A stretch of 24,000 nt of DNA from assembly GCA_949297275.1 (NCBI GenBank), contig CASFQR010000003.1:7234-31233 (forward strand), written 5' to 3'. The notes under the pieces were generated by a model. It was not told the origin of the DNA, did no database searches, and saw nothing but the letters and a program-made list of their open reading frames with translations. Shown here one piece after another: positions 7,068-16,708 of the stretch (its first letter is position 1; every line of letters starts with the position of its first letter). This DNA comes from an uncultured bacterium (lineage in GTDB: Bacteria; Bacillota_I; Bacilli_A; RFN20; CAG-826). The translations under genes and the position numbers were made by a program.

Positions 7068-7602
7068 TAGTGTCAATGAATTAAATTATAATTATGCTTA
7101 CGCTTTAATCTTATTAGCGAAAGAGAATAATGATTTAGAAAATTGTCTAAAGATTTTTGATGATTTTATCTATTTGCTTAATCAAGATGATAATATTCTT
7201 AAATATCTAGAATCTTATTTTGTCAAACTTAAGGACAAATTTCGTTTAATTGATGAATTATTATTAAGGGAAAAGATCGAATATTTTAGCTCATTTTTAA
7301 AACTATTAATCCGAAAACATTTAATTAAAAACATCCATCATATCTATCGTGAATTCCAAGAATTAGCGAATAAAAATCTTGGAGTTTTAGCTGGTATTAT
7401 TTATTCAACTTCTCCTTTAAAAAAAGAAAAAATAATGGAGTTTGAAAAGGTTTTTAGCGCAAAAAAGCGCGCAAAAATTTCTTTTTTAAACAAAGTTGAT
7501 CCCACCTTACTTGGTGGCATAAAAGTTTATTTAGATGGTCAAATTTATGATGATACAATTAAGCATCAACTCGATTCGCTAAAAAATAGTCTTTTATCTT
7601 AA
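7060..7602 (+). CDS. atpH: F0F1 ATP synthase subunit delta (OSCP)
   Basis: 180 aa, with the C-terminal motif LGGIKVYLDGQIYDDTIKHQL typical of delta. It lies between atpF and atpA. Confidence 0.8.
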   Translation: MINSVNELNYNYAYALILLAKENNDLENCLKIFDDFIYLLNQDDNILKYLESYFVKLKDKFRLIDELLLREKIEYFSSFLKLLIRKHLIKNIHHIYREFQELANKNLGVLAGIIYSTSPLKKEKIMEFEKVFSAKKRAKISFLNKVDPTLLGGIKVYLDGQIYDDTIKHQLDSLKNSLLS

Positions 7603-7621
7603 TTAGAAAGGAAGCTAATTT

Positions 7622-9130
7622 ATGAAAATTGGTTTAGATGAAATATCTTCAGTAATTAAAAAACAAATTAAAGAATTTAATAGCGACAAAAAAGCCCATA
7701 ATGTTGGGGTAGTCATCTCGTTAGGTGATGGGGTCGCTAGTGTTTATGGTTTAGAAGATGTTATGCTCAATGAATTAGTCATCTTTCAGGATAAATATTA
7801 TGGTTTAGTGCTCTCATTAGAAGAAGATATTGTTGGTGTTATTTTATTAAGCAACACGAACGAAATTAAAGAAGGCGATGAAGTTAAAAGGACGAAACGA
7901 GTAATTGAAGTGCCGGTAGGAGATGGTTTGCTTGGCCGCGTAGTTAATGCTTTAGGTGAGCCGCTTGATAATAAAGGTAAAATTTCCGCTAAGAAATTTG
8001 CCCCGATCGAAAAGATTGCTCCTAGCGTCATTACCCGCGAAAGCGTTAATCGTCCGCTTTTAACTGGAATTAAGGCTATTGATGCGATGATACCGATTGG
8101 TCGGGGACAACGCGAATTAATTATTGGCGATCGCCAAACCGGTAAAACGACTCTAGCTATTGATACGATCATTGCTCAAAAAGATCAAAATGTGAAATGT
8201 ATATATGTAGCCATTGGTCAAAAGAATTCTTCAATCGCATCCATTATTGATACTTTAAATAAAAAAGATGCTCTTAAATATACAATTGTTGTTGCTAGTA
8301 GCGCTTCCGATAGCGCGCCTTTACAATATATCGCCCCTTATAGTGCGATGGCGATGGCTGAAGAATTTTTAAGTCAAGGCGAAGATGTTTTAATTGTTTT
8401 TGATGATTTAAGTAAACATGCGGTAAGTTATCGCACTTTATCTTTGCTTTTAAAAAGACCAAGTGGCCGTGAAGCTTATCCAGGTGATGTCTTTTATCTC
8501 CATTCCCGCTTATTAGAAAGAGCTTGTAAATTAAATCGCGAGAATGGTGGTGGTTCAATTACCGCTTTACCAATTATTGAAACATTATCGGGTGATATAA
8601 GTGCTTATATTCCCACTAATGTTATTTCAATTACTGATGGGCAAATTTATTTAATTACCGATTTATTTAATGCTGGGATTCGTCCGGCAATCGATAGCGG
8701 CTTTTCCGTTAGCCGCGTTGGTAGTGCTGCCCAATATCGCGCGATGAAAGATGTCAGTGCTTCTTTAAGAACCGAACTCGCTTCTTATAATGAACTTGTC
8801 TCTTTTACACAATTTGGTAGCGATATCGATAAAAGAACTAAAGAAATTATTAAGCATGGGGAAGTACTTTTAGAAGTTTTAAAACAAGACGAAGGGGATA
8901 TTTATTCTCTTGATCATGAAGTAATTGAACTTTATGTTGCGAGAAATAAATATTTGGACCAGCTTGCGATTAAAGAAGTTAAACCCTTCTTAAATAATTT
9001 ATACCAATATATTAAATCGTTAGATGACCAATTAATTAAGGACATACTATCGACCAAAGAATTAACCAAGGAAAATAAAGAAAAATTAAATCATTTAATT
9101 GAAGATTTTATTGTTTCTTATCACCAATAA
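7622..9130 (+). CDS. atpA: F0F1 ATP synthase subunit alpha
   Basis: Walker A GDRQTGKT, with high conservation along the whole length. SD AAGGAAG is upstream. Confidence 0.97.
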   Translation: MKIGLDEISSVIKKQIKEFNSDKKAHNVGVVISLGDGVASVYGLEDVMLNELVIFQDKYYGLVLSLEEDIVGVILLSNTNEIKEGDEVKRTKRVIEVPVGDGLLGRVVNALGEPLDNKGKISAKKFAPIEKIAPSVITRESVNRPLLTGIKAIDAMIPIGRGQRELIIGDRQTGKTTLAIDTIIAQKDQNVKCIYVAIGQKNSSIASIIDTLNKKDALKYTIVVASSASDSAPLQYIAPYSAMAMAEEFLSQGEDVLIVFDDLSKHAVSYRTLSLLLKRPSGREAYPGDVFYLHSRLLERACKLNRENGGGSITALPIIETLSGDISAYIPTNVISITDGQIYLITDLFNAGIRPAIDSGFSVSRVGSAAQYRAMKDVSASLRTELASYNELVSFTQFGSDIDKRTKEIIKHGEVLLEVLKQDEGDIYSLDHEVIELYVARNKYLDQLAIKEVKPFLNNLYQYIKSLDDQLIKDILSTKELTKENKEKLNHLIEDFIVSYHQ

Positions 9131-9132
9131 AA

Positions 9133-9978
9133 ATGTCTAATCTTATTCGCATAAAAAATCGTAAAAATTCAATCGTTAAAACTCGCAAAGTTTTAAATGC
9201 GATGGAATTAATTGCTTCTAGTAAATATTCTAAATACCAAAATAAATTATTATCAGGGCTTGGATACGTTAGTGAAGTAATTTCTTTAATGCGCTTTTTA
9301 GCTAAATATCTTCATGGTGAAGAATATGCTCCCTATTATACCTTTAATGAAGGTAAAAAAGATCTTTGTTTAGTTTTAACTAGTCAAATGGGTTTATGCG
9401 GTTCTTATAATAATGACTTAGTAAAATTTGTTGAAAATAACCTTATTAGTGATGACACCGATTTAATTATTTTAGGCAAAAAAGGTCTAACTTTATTTAA
9501 ACAAAAAAATTATCAATTAATTGATCAACATTTTGTTAATATTGATTATCTCCATAAAAATGATTTATTAAAGTTAGCCGCGACTTTAACAAATTATTTT
9601 TTAGATAAAAAATATCGCTCAGTAGTGGTAGTTTATACCCAATATATTAACGCTTTAACGGTTACTCCTCTTAAAAAACAAATCTTCCCTTTAATTGAAA
9701 AGCAAACCGATAATATAGCGGTGGGTTATGAACCCATATATGATCCTAATATTAAAGAAATTTTTGACCAATTGCTGCCTTTATATATCCATTCTTTGCT
9801 TGAAGAGACACTTTTAGAAGCCGAAGTCTCACTCGACGCCAAACAAAAGATGGCGATGAAACTTGCTAAAGATAACGCGGATGAAATAATTGAAAATTTA
9901 GATTTAAGTTATAACAAAAAACGTCAAGAAGAAATCACTAATGAACTTAATGATGTAACTTTATCAACTTTTAGATAG
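9133..9978 (+). CDS. atpG: F0F1 ATP synthase subunit gamma
   Basis: The N-terminal IKNRKNSIVKTRKVLNAMELIASSK and C-terminal ITNELNDV helices are typical of gamma. Operon position supports the call. Confidence 0.9.
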   Translation: MSNLIRIKNRKNSIVKTRKVLNAMELIASSKYSKYQNKLLSGLGYVSEVISLMRFLAKYLHGEEYAPYYTFNEGKKDLCLVLTSQMGLCGSYNNDLVKFVENNLISDDTDLIILGKKGLTLFKQKNYQLIDQHFVNIDYLHKNDLLKLAATLTNYFLDKKYRSVVVVYTQYINALTVTPLKKQIFPLIEKQTDNIAVGYEPIYDPNIKEIFDQLLPLYIHSLLEETLLEAEVSLDAKQKMAMKLAKDNADEIIENLDLSYNKKRQEEITNELNDVTLSTFR

Positions 9979-11770
<1,792 letters not shown>

Positions 11771-11851
11771 TTTTTGCATACATAATTATGTAAAAATCAG
11801 TTATTTATTTTGTTTAATCTGATATTTATAATTTCTATTTTTTTAAATATT

Positions 11852-12670
11852 TCATTGTAGATAATTATTGATTAAGGTTTTTATTTCTTCTTGTGTCATT
11901 GATGAATAGGCAACTTCTTGCTCTAGTTGGCCTTGGTGATATAAATAAAAATTTAAAGATGTTTTTTCATCAACTTGGAAGAAATTTTTAAAGGCGGATT
12001 GACTATTTGTATCTAACATTGCATAGTTAATTAACGCGATATTCTTGGTTGATTGTAAGATGTTTGGGTAAATTTCGTCTTGGTAAAAATTTACCGCATC
12101 ATTATTGGTTTGATCATAAAACATTGTTAATAAATTATCATTATCAGCGATAAATGATTTTAGATTATTTAATTCTTGAAAATTATAGATATTCGTTTCA
12201 TAAAAATGTTTCTTTAATGTATTTTCAAATAAAATACTTGTTTCATAAAAACGATTTTCAATATCTAAGGTGCCGTTTTGGCCGTCAACTAAATAAATAT
12301 GTGGAGTAGCAACAATTGTTAGAAAATAACTAGGATACATTTGACAAAGAGTTAAATAAACATTTGGCTTTGCAAATACATCAATGTAATAAATTTCTAA
12401 GTTATTATTTGTCATTACTTCACTTAAAATCGGATTAAAGGTGGAACAGGCATGACACTGGGAACTACTAATATAAAAGATAAATGTTTCATTGGCTTTA
12501 ATTAAAGTATCAATTGTTTCCACTTTTTCTACAACGCGAACTTGATTCATAAATTCTTCGCTAGCAGTGTATAATAAATCGCCATTTTTAATTAAAGGTA
12601 AATCGCCGCGAAATTTACAACTAGTTAAGACAAAGGGAATTAATAAGATTATATTTTTTATGTGTTTCAT
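11852..12670 (-). CDS. thioredoxin-fold lipoprotein with a CxxC (CHAC) motif (272 aa)
   Basis: Signal peptide MKHIKNIILLIPFVLTS-C with lipobox L-T-S-C (Cys18). FIFYISSSQCHACSTFNPIL matches the thioredoxin beta1-CxxC-alpha1 pattern. Stop codon is TGA. Confidence 0.7.
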   Translation of the reverse strand: MKHIKNIILLIPFVLTSCKFRGDLPLIKNGDLLYTASEEFMNQVRVVEKVETIDTLIKANETFIFYISSSQCHACSTFNPILSEVMTNNNLEIYYIDVFAKPNVYLTLCQMYPSYFLTIVATPHIYLVDGQNGTLDIENRFYETSILFENTLKKHFYETNIYNFQELNNLKSFIADNDNLLTMFYDQTNNDAVNFYQDEIYPNILQSTKNIALINYAMLDTNSQSAFKNFFQVDEKTSLNFYLYHQGQLEQEVAYSSMTQEEIKTLINNYLQ

Positions 12671-12677
12671 CGTTCTT

Positions 12678-12683
12678 ATTATA
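12678..12683 (-). promoter_or_regulatory. -10 hexamer TATAAT (minus strand) exactly 7 nt before the lipoprotein ATG
   Basis: The plus strand reads attata at 12678-12683, then 7 nt (12671-12677), then cat (12668-12670). No SD. It overlaps a plus-strand TATAAT at 12680-12685 facing ppa. Confidence 0.45.
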
Positions 12684-12744
12684 ATGAATATCTTTTTAAT
12701 TGCTTATTTTTTTAGTAAAATAAGTTTACCTGGAGGAAAAAATA

Positions 12745-13287
12745 ATGAATATTTGGCATAGAGTTGATCCTAATCGTATTAAACCTGATTCTTTTTTAGC
12801 ATGTATTGAAATTTCCAAAGGTTCAAAAAATAAATATGAACTAGATAAATATAGTGGTGCCTTAATGCTTGATCGCGTATTATTTACTTCCACGCATTAT
12901 CCACAAAATTATGGCTTTATTCCTCGCACCCTCGGCGATGATGGCGATGCCTTAGATGTCTTAGTGCTTTGTTCTGAAGAAATTGTTCCGATGGCGTTAT
13001 GCGAATGTTATCCTATCGGCGTGTTAGAAATGGTTGACTCCGGTTATAAAGATATGAAAATCATTGCGATTTTTAAACATGATCCACTTTTTAATTCCTT
13101 TAAAGATATTAAAGAAATCCCCGATCATATCTTTCAAGAAATTCGTCATTTTTTTAAAGTTTATAAAGAATTGGAAGGTAAAGTTACCACCGTCAACCAA
13201 ATGTGCGGTCGTCAAAAAGCGATGGAAGTGATTTCGGAAGCAATTGAAGCTTATAACAAAGCTTTCCCGGATCACACTAAACATTAA
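12745..13287 (+). CDS. ppa: inorganic pyrophosphatase, family I (soluble)
   Basis: It has IEISKGSKNKYELDK, YPQNYGFIPRT and DALDVLVL motifs. SD GGAGG is 9 nt upstream. Confidence 0.95.
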   Translation: MNIWHRVDPNRIKPDSFLACIEISKGSKNKYELDKYSGALMLDRVLFTSTHYPQNYGFIPRTLGDDGDALDVLVLCSEEIVPMALCECYPIGVLEMVDSGYKDMKIIAIFKHDPLFNSFKDIKEIPDHIFQEIRHFFKVYKELEGKVTTVNQMCGRQKAMEVISEAIEAYNKAFPDHTKH

Positions 13288-13987
13288 TCTTTTTAATGCG
13301 TTGATATAAATTTTGACTAAAAGTATTATTTTTTAATGGCGTAATTGAAATAAAACCATCTTTTAAGGCTTGATAATCGCTATTAGGGTCAAATATATAT
13401 GTGATTTCACGCGAGCGATAAAATTTTTGATTTATTTCTTCGTAGAAAGGCTTTTCAATTGGTTTTGCTAATTTGGTAATTTTAATGCCTTTAATTTCCT
13501 CGCTATGAGGAATATTGATATTTAAAATATATTTATTAGATATTATTTCTTTTTCAATAAGATAATTCCAAATTCTTTCTAAGGCTTCATCAACATTTTT
13601 TAATGAGGTATCAGCGGATATAGCAATAATTTTATAACCAAAATTTAAGGCTTCGTTTGCCGCGCCTAATGTGCCACTATACATCGTATCAAATGAGATA
13701 TTATAGCCTAGATTAATACCTGAAATAACTAAATCAAATTGATATTGTTTATAGGATGATAAGGCAAAGGCAACGACATCACTAGGTCTCCCATCAATAG
13801 CGTATACCTTATCTTCGATTCTTTTTAAGGTTAAGGGATTAGATAAGGTCAGGCTAGTTGAAGTGCCTGATTGGTGAAACAAGGGCGCGAAGATGATAAC
13901 TTCATGACCTTTTTTAACTAAAAAATCCCTTAGTTTTAAAATTCCTTCCGCGTTATAACCATCATCATTTACTAGTAAAATATTCAT
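13277..13987 (-). CDS. surE: 5'/3'-nucleotidase SurE
   Basis: MNILLVNDDGYNAEGI N-terminus and SGINLGYN motif. SD GGTGAGGA is upstream. Its 3' end overlaps the ppa 3' end by 11 nt. Confidence 0.9.
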   Translation of the reverse strand: MNILLVNDDGYNAEGILKLRDFLVKKGHEVIIFAPLFHQSGTSTSLTLSNPLTLKRIEDKVYAIDGRPSDVVAFALSSYKQYQFDLVISGINLGYNISFDTMYSGTLGAANEALNFGYKIIAISADTSLKNVDEALERIWNYLIEKEIISNKYILNINIPHSEEIKGIKITKLAKPIEKPFYEEINQKFYRSREITYIFDPNSDYQALKDGFISITPLKNNTFSQNLYQRIKKINV

Positions 13988-14786
13988 TGTTCCTCACCCT
14001 TTTAACCTTTTCTTGATAAATCTTTTGATAAATAGCTCTTTTGGTTTCTTGATGACGATTATAAGCCCATGTAGCCCATAATATATCCTCAATCATAATT
14101 AAATAATTTAATTCCTCGATTTGATATTTATTCGAGAATTTTTCGAGAAAATATCTTTTCGTTTTAGTATCATCAAGATTATTTTCACTTAAAAATGAAG
14201 CAATATCAAATAATTCAATATTTAAAGAAACATATTCATAGTCAATTACATATAATTTATCGTTTTGAAATAAAATGTTGTTCTTTACTAAATCGTTATG
14301 TGAAACGACAAGAGGGTATTTGTCATAGATCTCTTTTACTTTGATTAAGATTTGATTAAATTCCGTTAAAGCGATGAATTTCTGAATAACTTTTTGATTC
14401 TTTTCTAAAAAAGCAAAAATAGGAAATTCATAAAAAAATGCTAATTTTAAATTATGCAAGTCTTTCATATATTGAATAAGATGGTCGTAATCTTTTTTAT
14501 TTTTATGAAAGGAACGCGTATTTGAAATATAAGAGGAATATTTATCTATAACTTTGTGATTAAGCGAGATGATTTTTTCATGATATGGAAACGATGATGT
14601 TTGATTTAGAAAAAGATATTCATTATCTAAATCATTCATTAAGCCATCATGATAAATATTTTTATGACGATAAACTAAATTATTATCTAATAAAAATGTT
14701 TCGTTAGAGACACCATTAAGGAATTTTTTAATAACTTTAGCGTTGCTAATCTTTGCGTTAAGCATAATATTATTTATATGATACAT
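13965..14786 (-). CDS. choline/ethanolamine-kinase-like phosphotransferase (APH/ChoK fold)
   Basis: Brenner motif SHNDLVKNNILF and YVIDYEY. Stop is TGA, overlapping the surE start by 23 nt. The start is uncertain: ATG 14786 (longest ORF) overlaps the trmL start, and ATG 14765 (MLNAKIS...) avoids that overlap. Confidence 0.7.
   Translation of the reverse strand: MYHINNIMLNAKISNAKVIKKFLNGVSNETFLLDNNLVYRHKNIYHDGLMNDLDNEYLFLNQTSSFPYHEKIISLNHKVIDKYSSYISNTRSFHKNKKDYDHLIQYMKDLHNLKLAFFYEFPIFAFLEKNQKVIQKFIALTEFNQILIKVKEIYDKYPLVVSHNDLVKNNILFQNDKLYVIDYEYVSLNIELFDIASFLSENNLDDTKTKRYFLEKFSNKYQIEELNYLIMIEDILWATWAYNRHQETKRAIYQKIYQEKVKRVRNNEYFTSK
14765..14770 (+). promoter_or_regulatory. -10-like hexamer TAATAT 7 nt before the trmL ATG
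   Basis: TAATAT at 14765-14770, then tatttat, then ATG at 14778, with no SD. On the minus strand TATAAA (14773-14778) lies 7 nt before the alternative kinase-like ATG at 14765. Confidence 0.35.
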
Positions 14787-15281
14787 ATCGTTTTATTTCA
14801 ACCTGAAAAGCCGGCTAATACAGGAAATATTTTGCGTCTAGCCATGGCGATTGATGCTAAGGTTGAAATTATTGGACCATTATCCTTTAAACTCGATAAT
14901 CATGCTTTCTTAAGAGCAGGGATGGATTATCTAATTGATGCGAATTATGAAATCTATGAAGATTATCAAAAATTCCTTGAATTAAATCGTGAGATTAATA
15001 TTTATTACATCACACGCTTTGGAAAGCATCTTTATTCTGATATCGATTTTGCAAGTAAACAAGAAGATATCTATTTAATGTTTGGTAAAGAATCGACAGG
15101 TATCGATAAAGAGATTTTAAGAAATAATTTGGAGAGAACATTAAGAATCCCAATCTTAAGCTCGGCCCGCTCATTAAATTTGGCTAATTGTGTGGCAATT
15201 GTTTCTTATGAAGTCTTAAGGCAACAAAAATTTCCCTCCCTAGCGACTTATGAACAAATGCGAAAAAATGTTATTGATTAA
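14778..15281 (+). CDS. trmL: tRNA (cytidine/uridine-34 2'-O)-methyltransferase, SpoU/TrmL family
   Basis: MIHIVLFQPEKPANTGNILRLAMA closely parallels the E. coli TrmL N-terminus (NIVLYEPEIPPNTGNIIRL). The C-terminal SLNLANCVAIVSYE is the knot motif. Confidence 0.85.
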   Translation: MIHIVLFQPEKPANTGNILRLAMAIDAKVEIIGPLSFKLDNHAFLRAGMDYLIDANYEIYEDYQKFLELNREINIYYITRFGKHLYSDIDFASKQEDIYLMFGKESTGIDKEILRNNLERTLRIPILSSARSLNLANCVAIVSYEVLRQQKFPSLATYEQMRKNVID

Positions 15282-16624
15282 TGCAAATTTTCTCTTTTGG
15301 CTTCTAGATATAATTTTTGAATTCTTTCATCGATTTCATTTAGATAAACGCTACTATAATTTTTCACAATTGCTTCCCCTTTATTTTTTGTACGACGAAG
15401 ATTCTTTTTCGCGGTGTAAATTACCTCACCGCGCTTCATCTTTTTAGTTAATAAAGCAATAGTGGCAGCAATTTTAATCTCTCTTTCGTTAGGCTTTTCT
15501 TTTTTAATTAAGACGTGGCCACTTGAATAATCTTTGATGTGAAACCAAATGAAATTTCGGTTAGTTTTATATTCAAAAGATAAATAATCGTTTTGATCGA
15601 TATTTTTACCAAATAAATAAATAGTTCCATCGACATTAATGAAATAAGGAGCGTTTTTGTTTGTGATATTTTTTTCGATATAATTTTTAATTAAATTGTA
15701 TTTTTTCTCTAAAATAAAGACTTCACTTTCAGAAATATTGTCTAACTGTTCTTGATCGGCTTTAATTAATGAATATTCCTCTAATAATTGTTGGACCTTG
15801 TTATTATATAATTTATCCTCGTTTTTAGCCTTTTTAGCCCGTTTATAAATGTTATTAACATTTTCTAAAAGAGATATTTTTTCATCTAATTCAATCGTGA
15901 TATTGTCAATTAAGATTTGGTGATATTTTGCTTTTAAATTTAAGCCTAAATTAAATACATTATTTATTATTTCACTCGTTTTAATATAACTAAGATATTT
16001 TAGGTGTTCTTCTTCGATTTTCTTCTTTTTGTTTTCTAATTGTTTTAAACGATTTGTTAAATATTTATTTAAATTTGTGCGGCGTTCTTTTTTTCTAATT
16101 TCTTTGATTGCGTAGTAATAGATGTTTTCATAATTAATTTCTGGAATTTCAATATCTTGATGAATGGTTGGCTCATGATGGTAAAGATGATTAATTTTAT
16201 TTTGATCTGCACGATAACTTAATAAATGATCAAGAATTTTATTATCTTCATTAATAACATATATATTTGGTGTCAAGGCAAAAAAAAGGATGATGATTTT
16301 GGTTACTTTTTGAAAGATATATGGTGAGTCGCTAGTTATTTCAATTTCATAAATATTATCGACATCATGACGGCTAAGTTTCGTGATGCGACCATTTCTC
16401 AAACGCGGATAGATGCGATTAATAAAAGGATTTTCTGCTTTTTTTAATTCGTTATCGACATGATAAAAAAATATTCCTTGTTTAGTTTTATTTAATGAGA
16501 TGTATAAGCCTTCTTCTTTATCTAATTTAAATAATAAAGTATATTTTGAATATAAAGAGATATCTTTAATTTGCTTATTGAGATAGTGTTTTTCGTTCTT
16601 AATCAGATATTGATTTAATTTCAT
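15278..16624 (-). CDS. rqcH: compact NFACT-family protein, RqcH/Rqc2 (fibronectin-binding protein A-like) homolog, 448 aa
   Basis: The C-terminal NFACT-R/DUF814 signature is NFIWFHIKDYSSGHVLIKKEKP...IKIAATIALLTKK...GEVIYTAKKNLRRTKN.GEAIV. It also has a central K/E coiled coil and an N-terminal NFACT-N-like region. It is about 120 aa shorter than B. subtilis RqcH. Confidence 0.65.
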   Translation of the reverse strand: MKLNQYLIKNEKHYLNKQIKDISLYSKYTLLFKLDKEEGLYISLNKTKQGIFFYHVDNELKKAENPFINRIYPRLRNGRITKLSRHDVDNIYEIEITSDSPYIFQKVTKIIILFFALTPNIYVINEDNKILDHLLSYRADQNKINHLYHHEPTIHQDIEIPEINYENIYYYAIKEIRKKERRTNLNKYLTNRLKQLENKKKKIEEEHLKYLSYIKTSEIINNVFNLGLNLKAKYHQILIDNITIELDEKISLLENVNNIYKRAKKAKNEDKLYNNKVQQLLEEYSLIKADQEQLDNISESEVFILEKKYNLIKNYIEKNITNKNAPYFINVDGTIYLFGKNIDQNDYLSFEYKTNRNFIWFHIKDYSSGHVLIKKEKPNEREIKIAATIALLTKKMKRGEVIYTAKKNLRRTKNKGEAIVKNYSSVYLNEIDERIQKLYLEAKRENLH

Positions 16625-16631
16625 CTTTTTT

Positions 16632-16637
16632 ATTATA
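16632..16637 (-). promoter_or_regulatory. -10 hexamer TATAAT (minus strand) exactly 7 nt before the rqcH-like ATG
   Basis: The plus strand reads attata at 16632-16637, then ctttttt (16625-16631), then cat (16622-16624). No SD. Confidence 0.45.
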
Positions 16638-16695
16638 GATAATGATTTACATTCCTTAAATAGTAATTTTATTTGTAAAAAGGTGCAATATGTCT

Positions 16696-16701
16696 TATAT
16701 T
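16696..16701 (+). promoter_or_regulatory. -10-like hexamer TATATT 7 nt before the gmk ATG
   Basis: TATATT at 16696-16701, then taaagca, then ATG at 16709, with no SD adjacent to the gmk start. Confidence 0.35.
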
Positions 16702-16708
16702 TAAAGCA

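Noticed and set aside
11779-11792. Perfect 14-bp palindrome TACATAATTATGTA between convergent atpC and the lipoprotein gene as a bidirectional terminator
   Set aside because: It is all-AT and would form a very weak stem. The flanking runs are in the wrong orientation (T-run 5', A-run 3') for termination on either strand. No GC-rich hairpin exists in 11771-11851.
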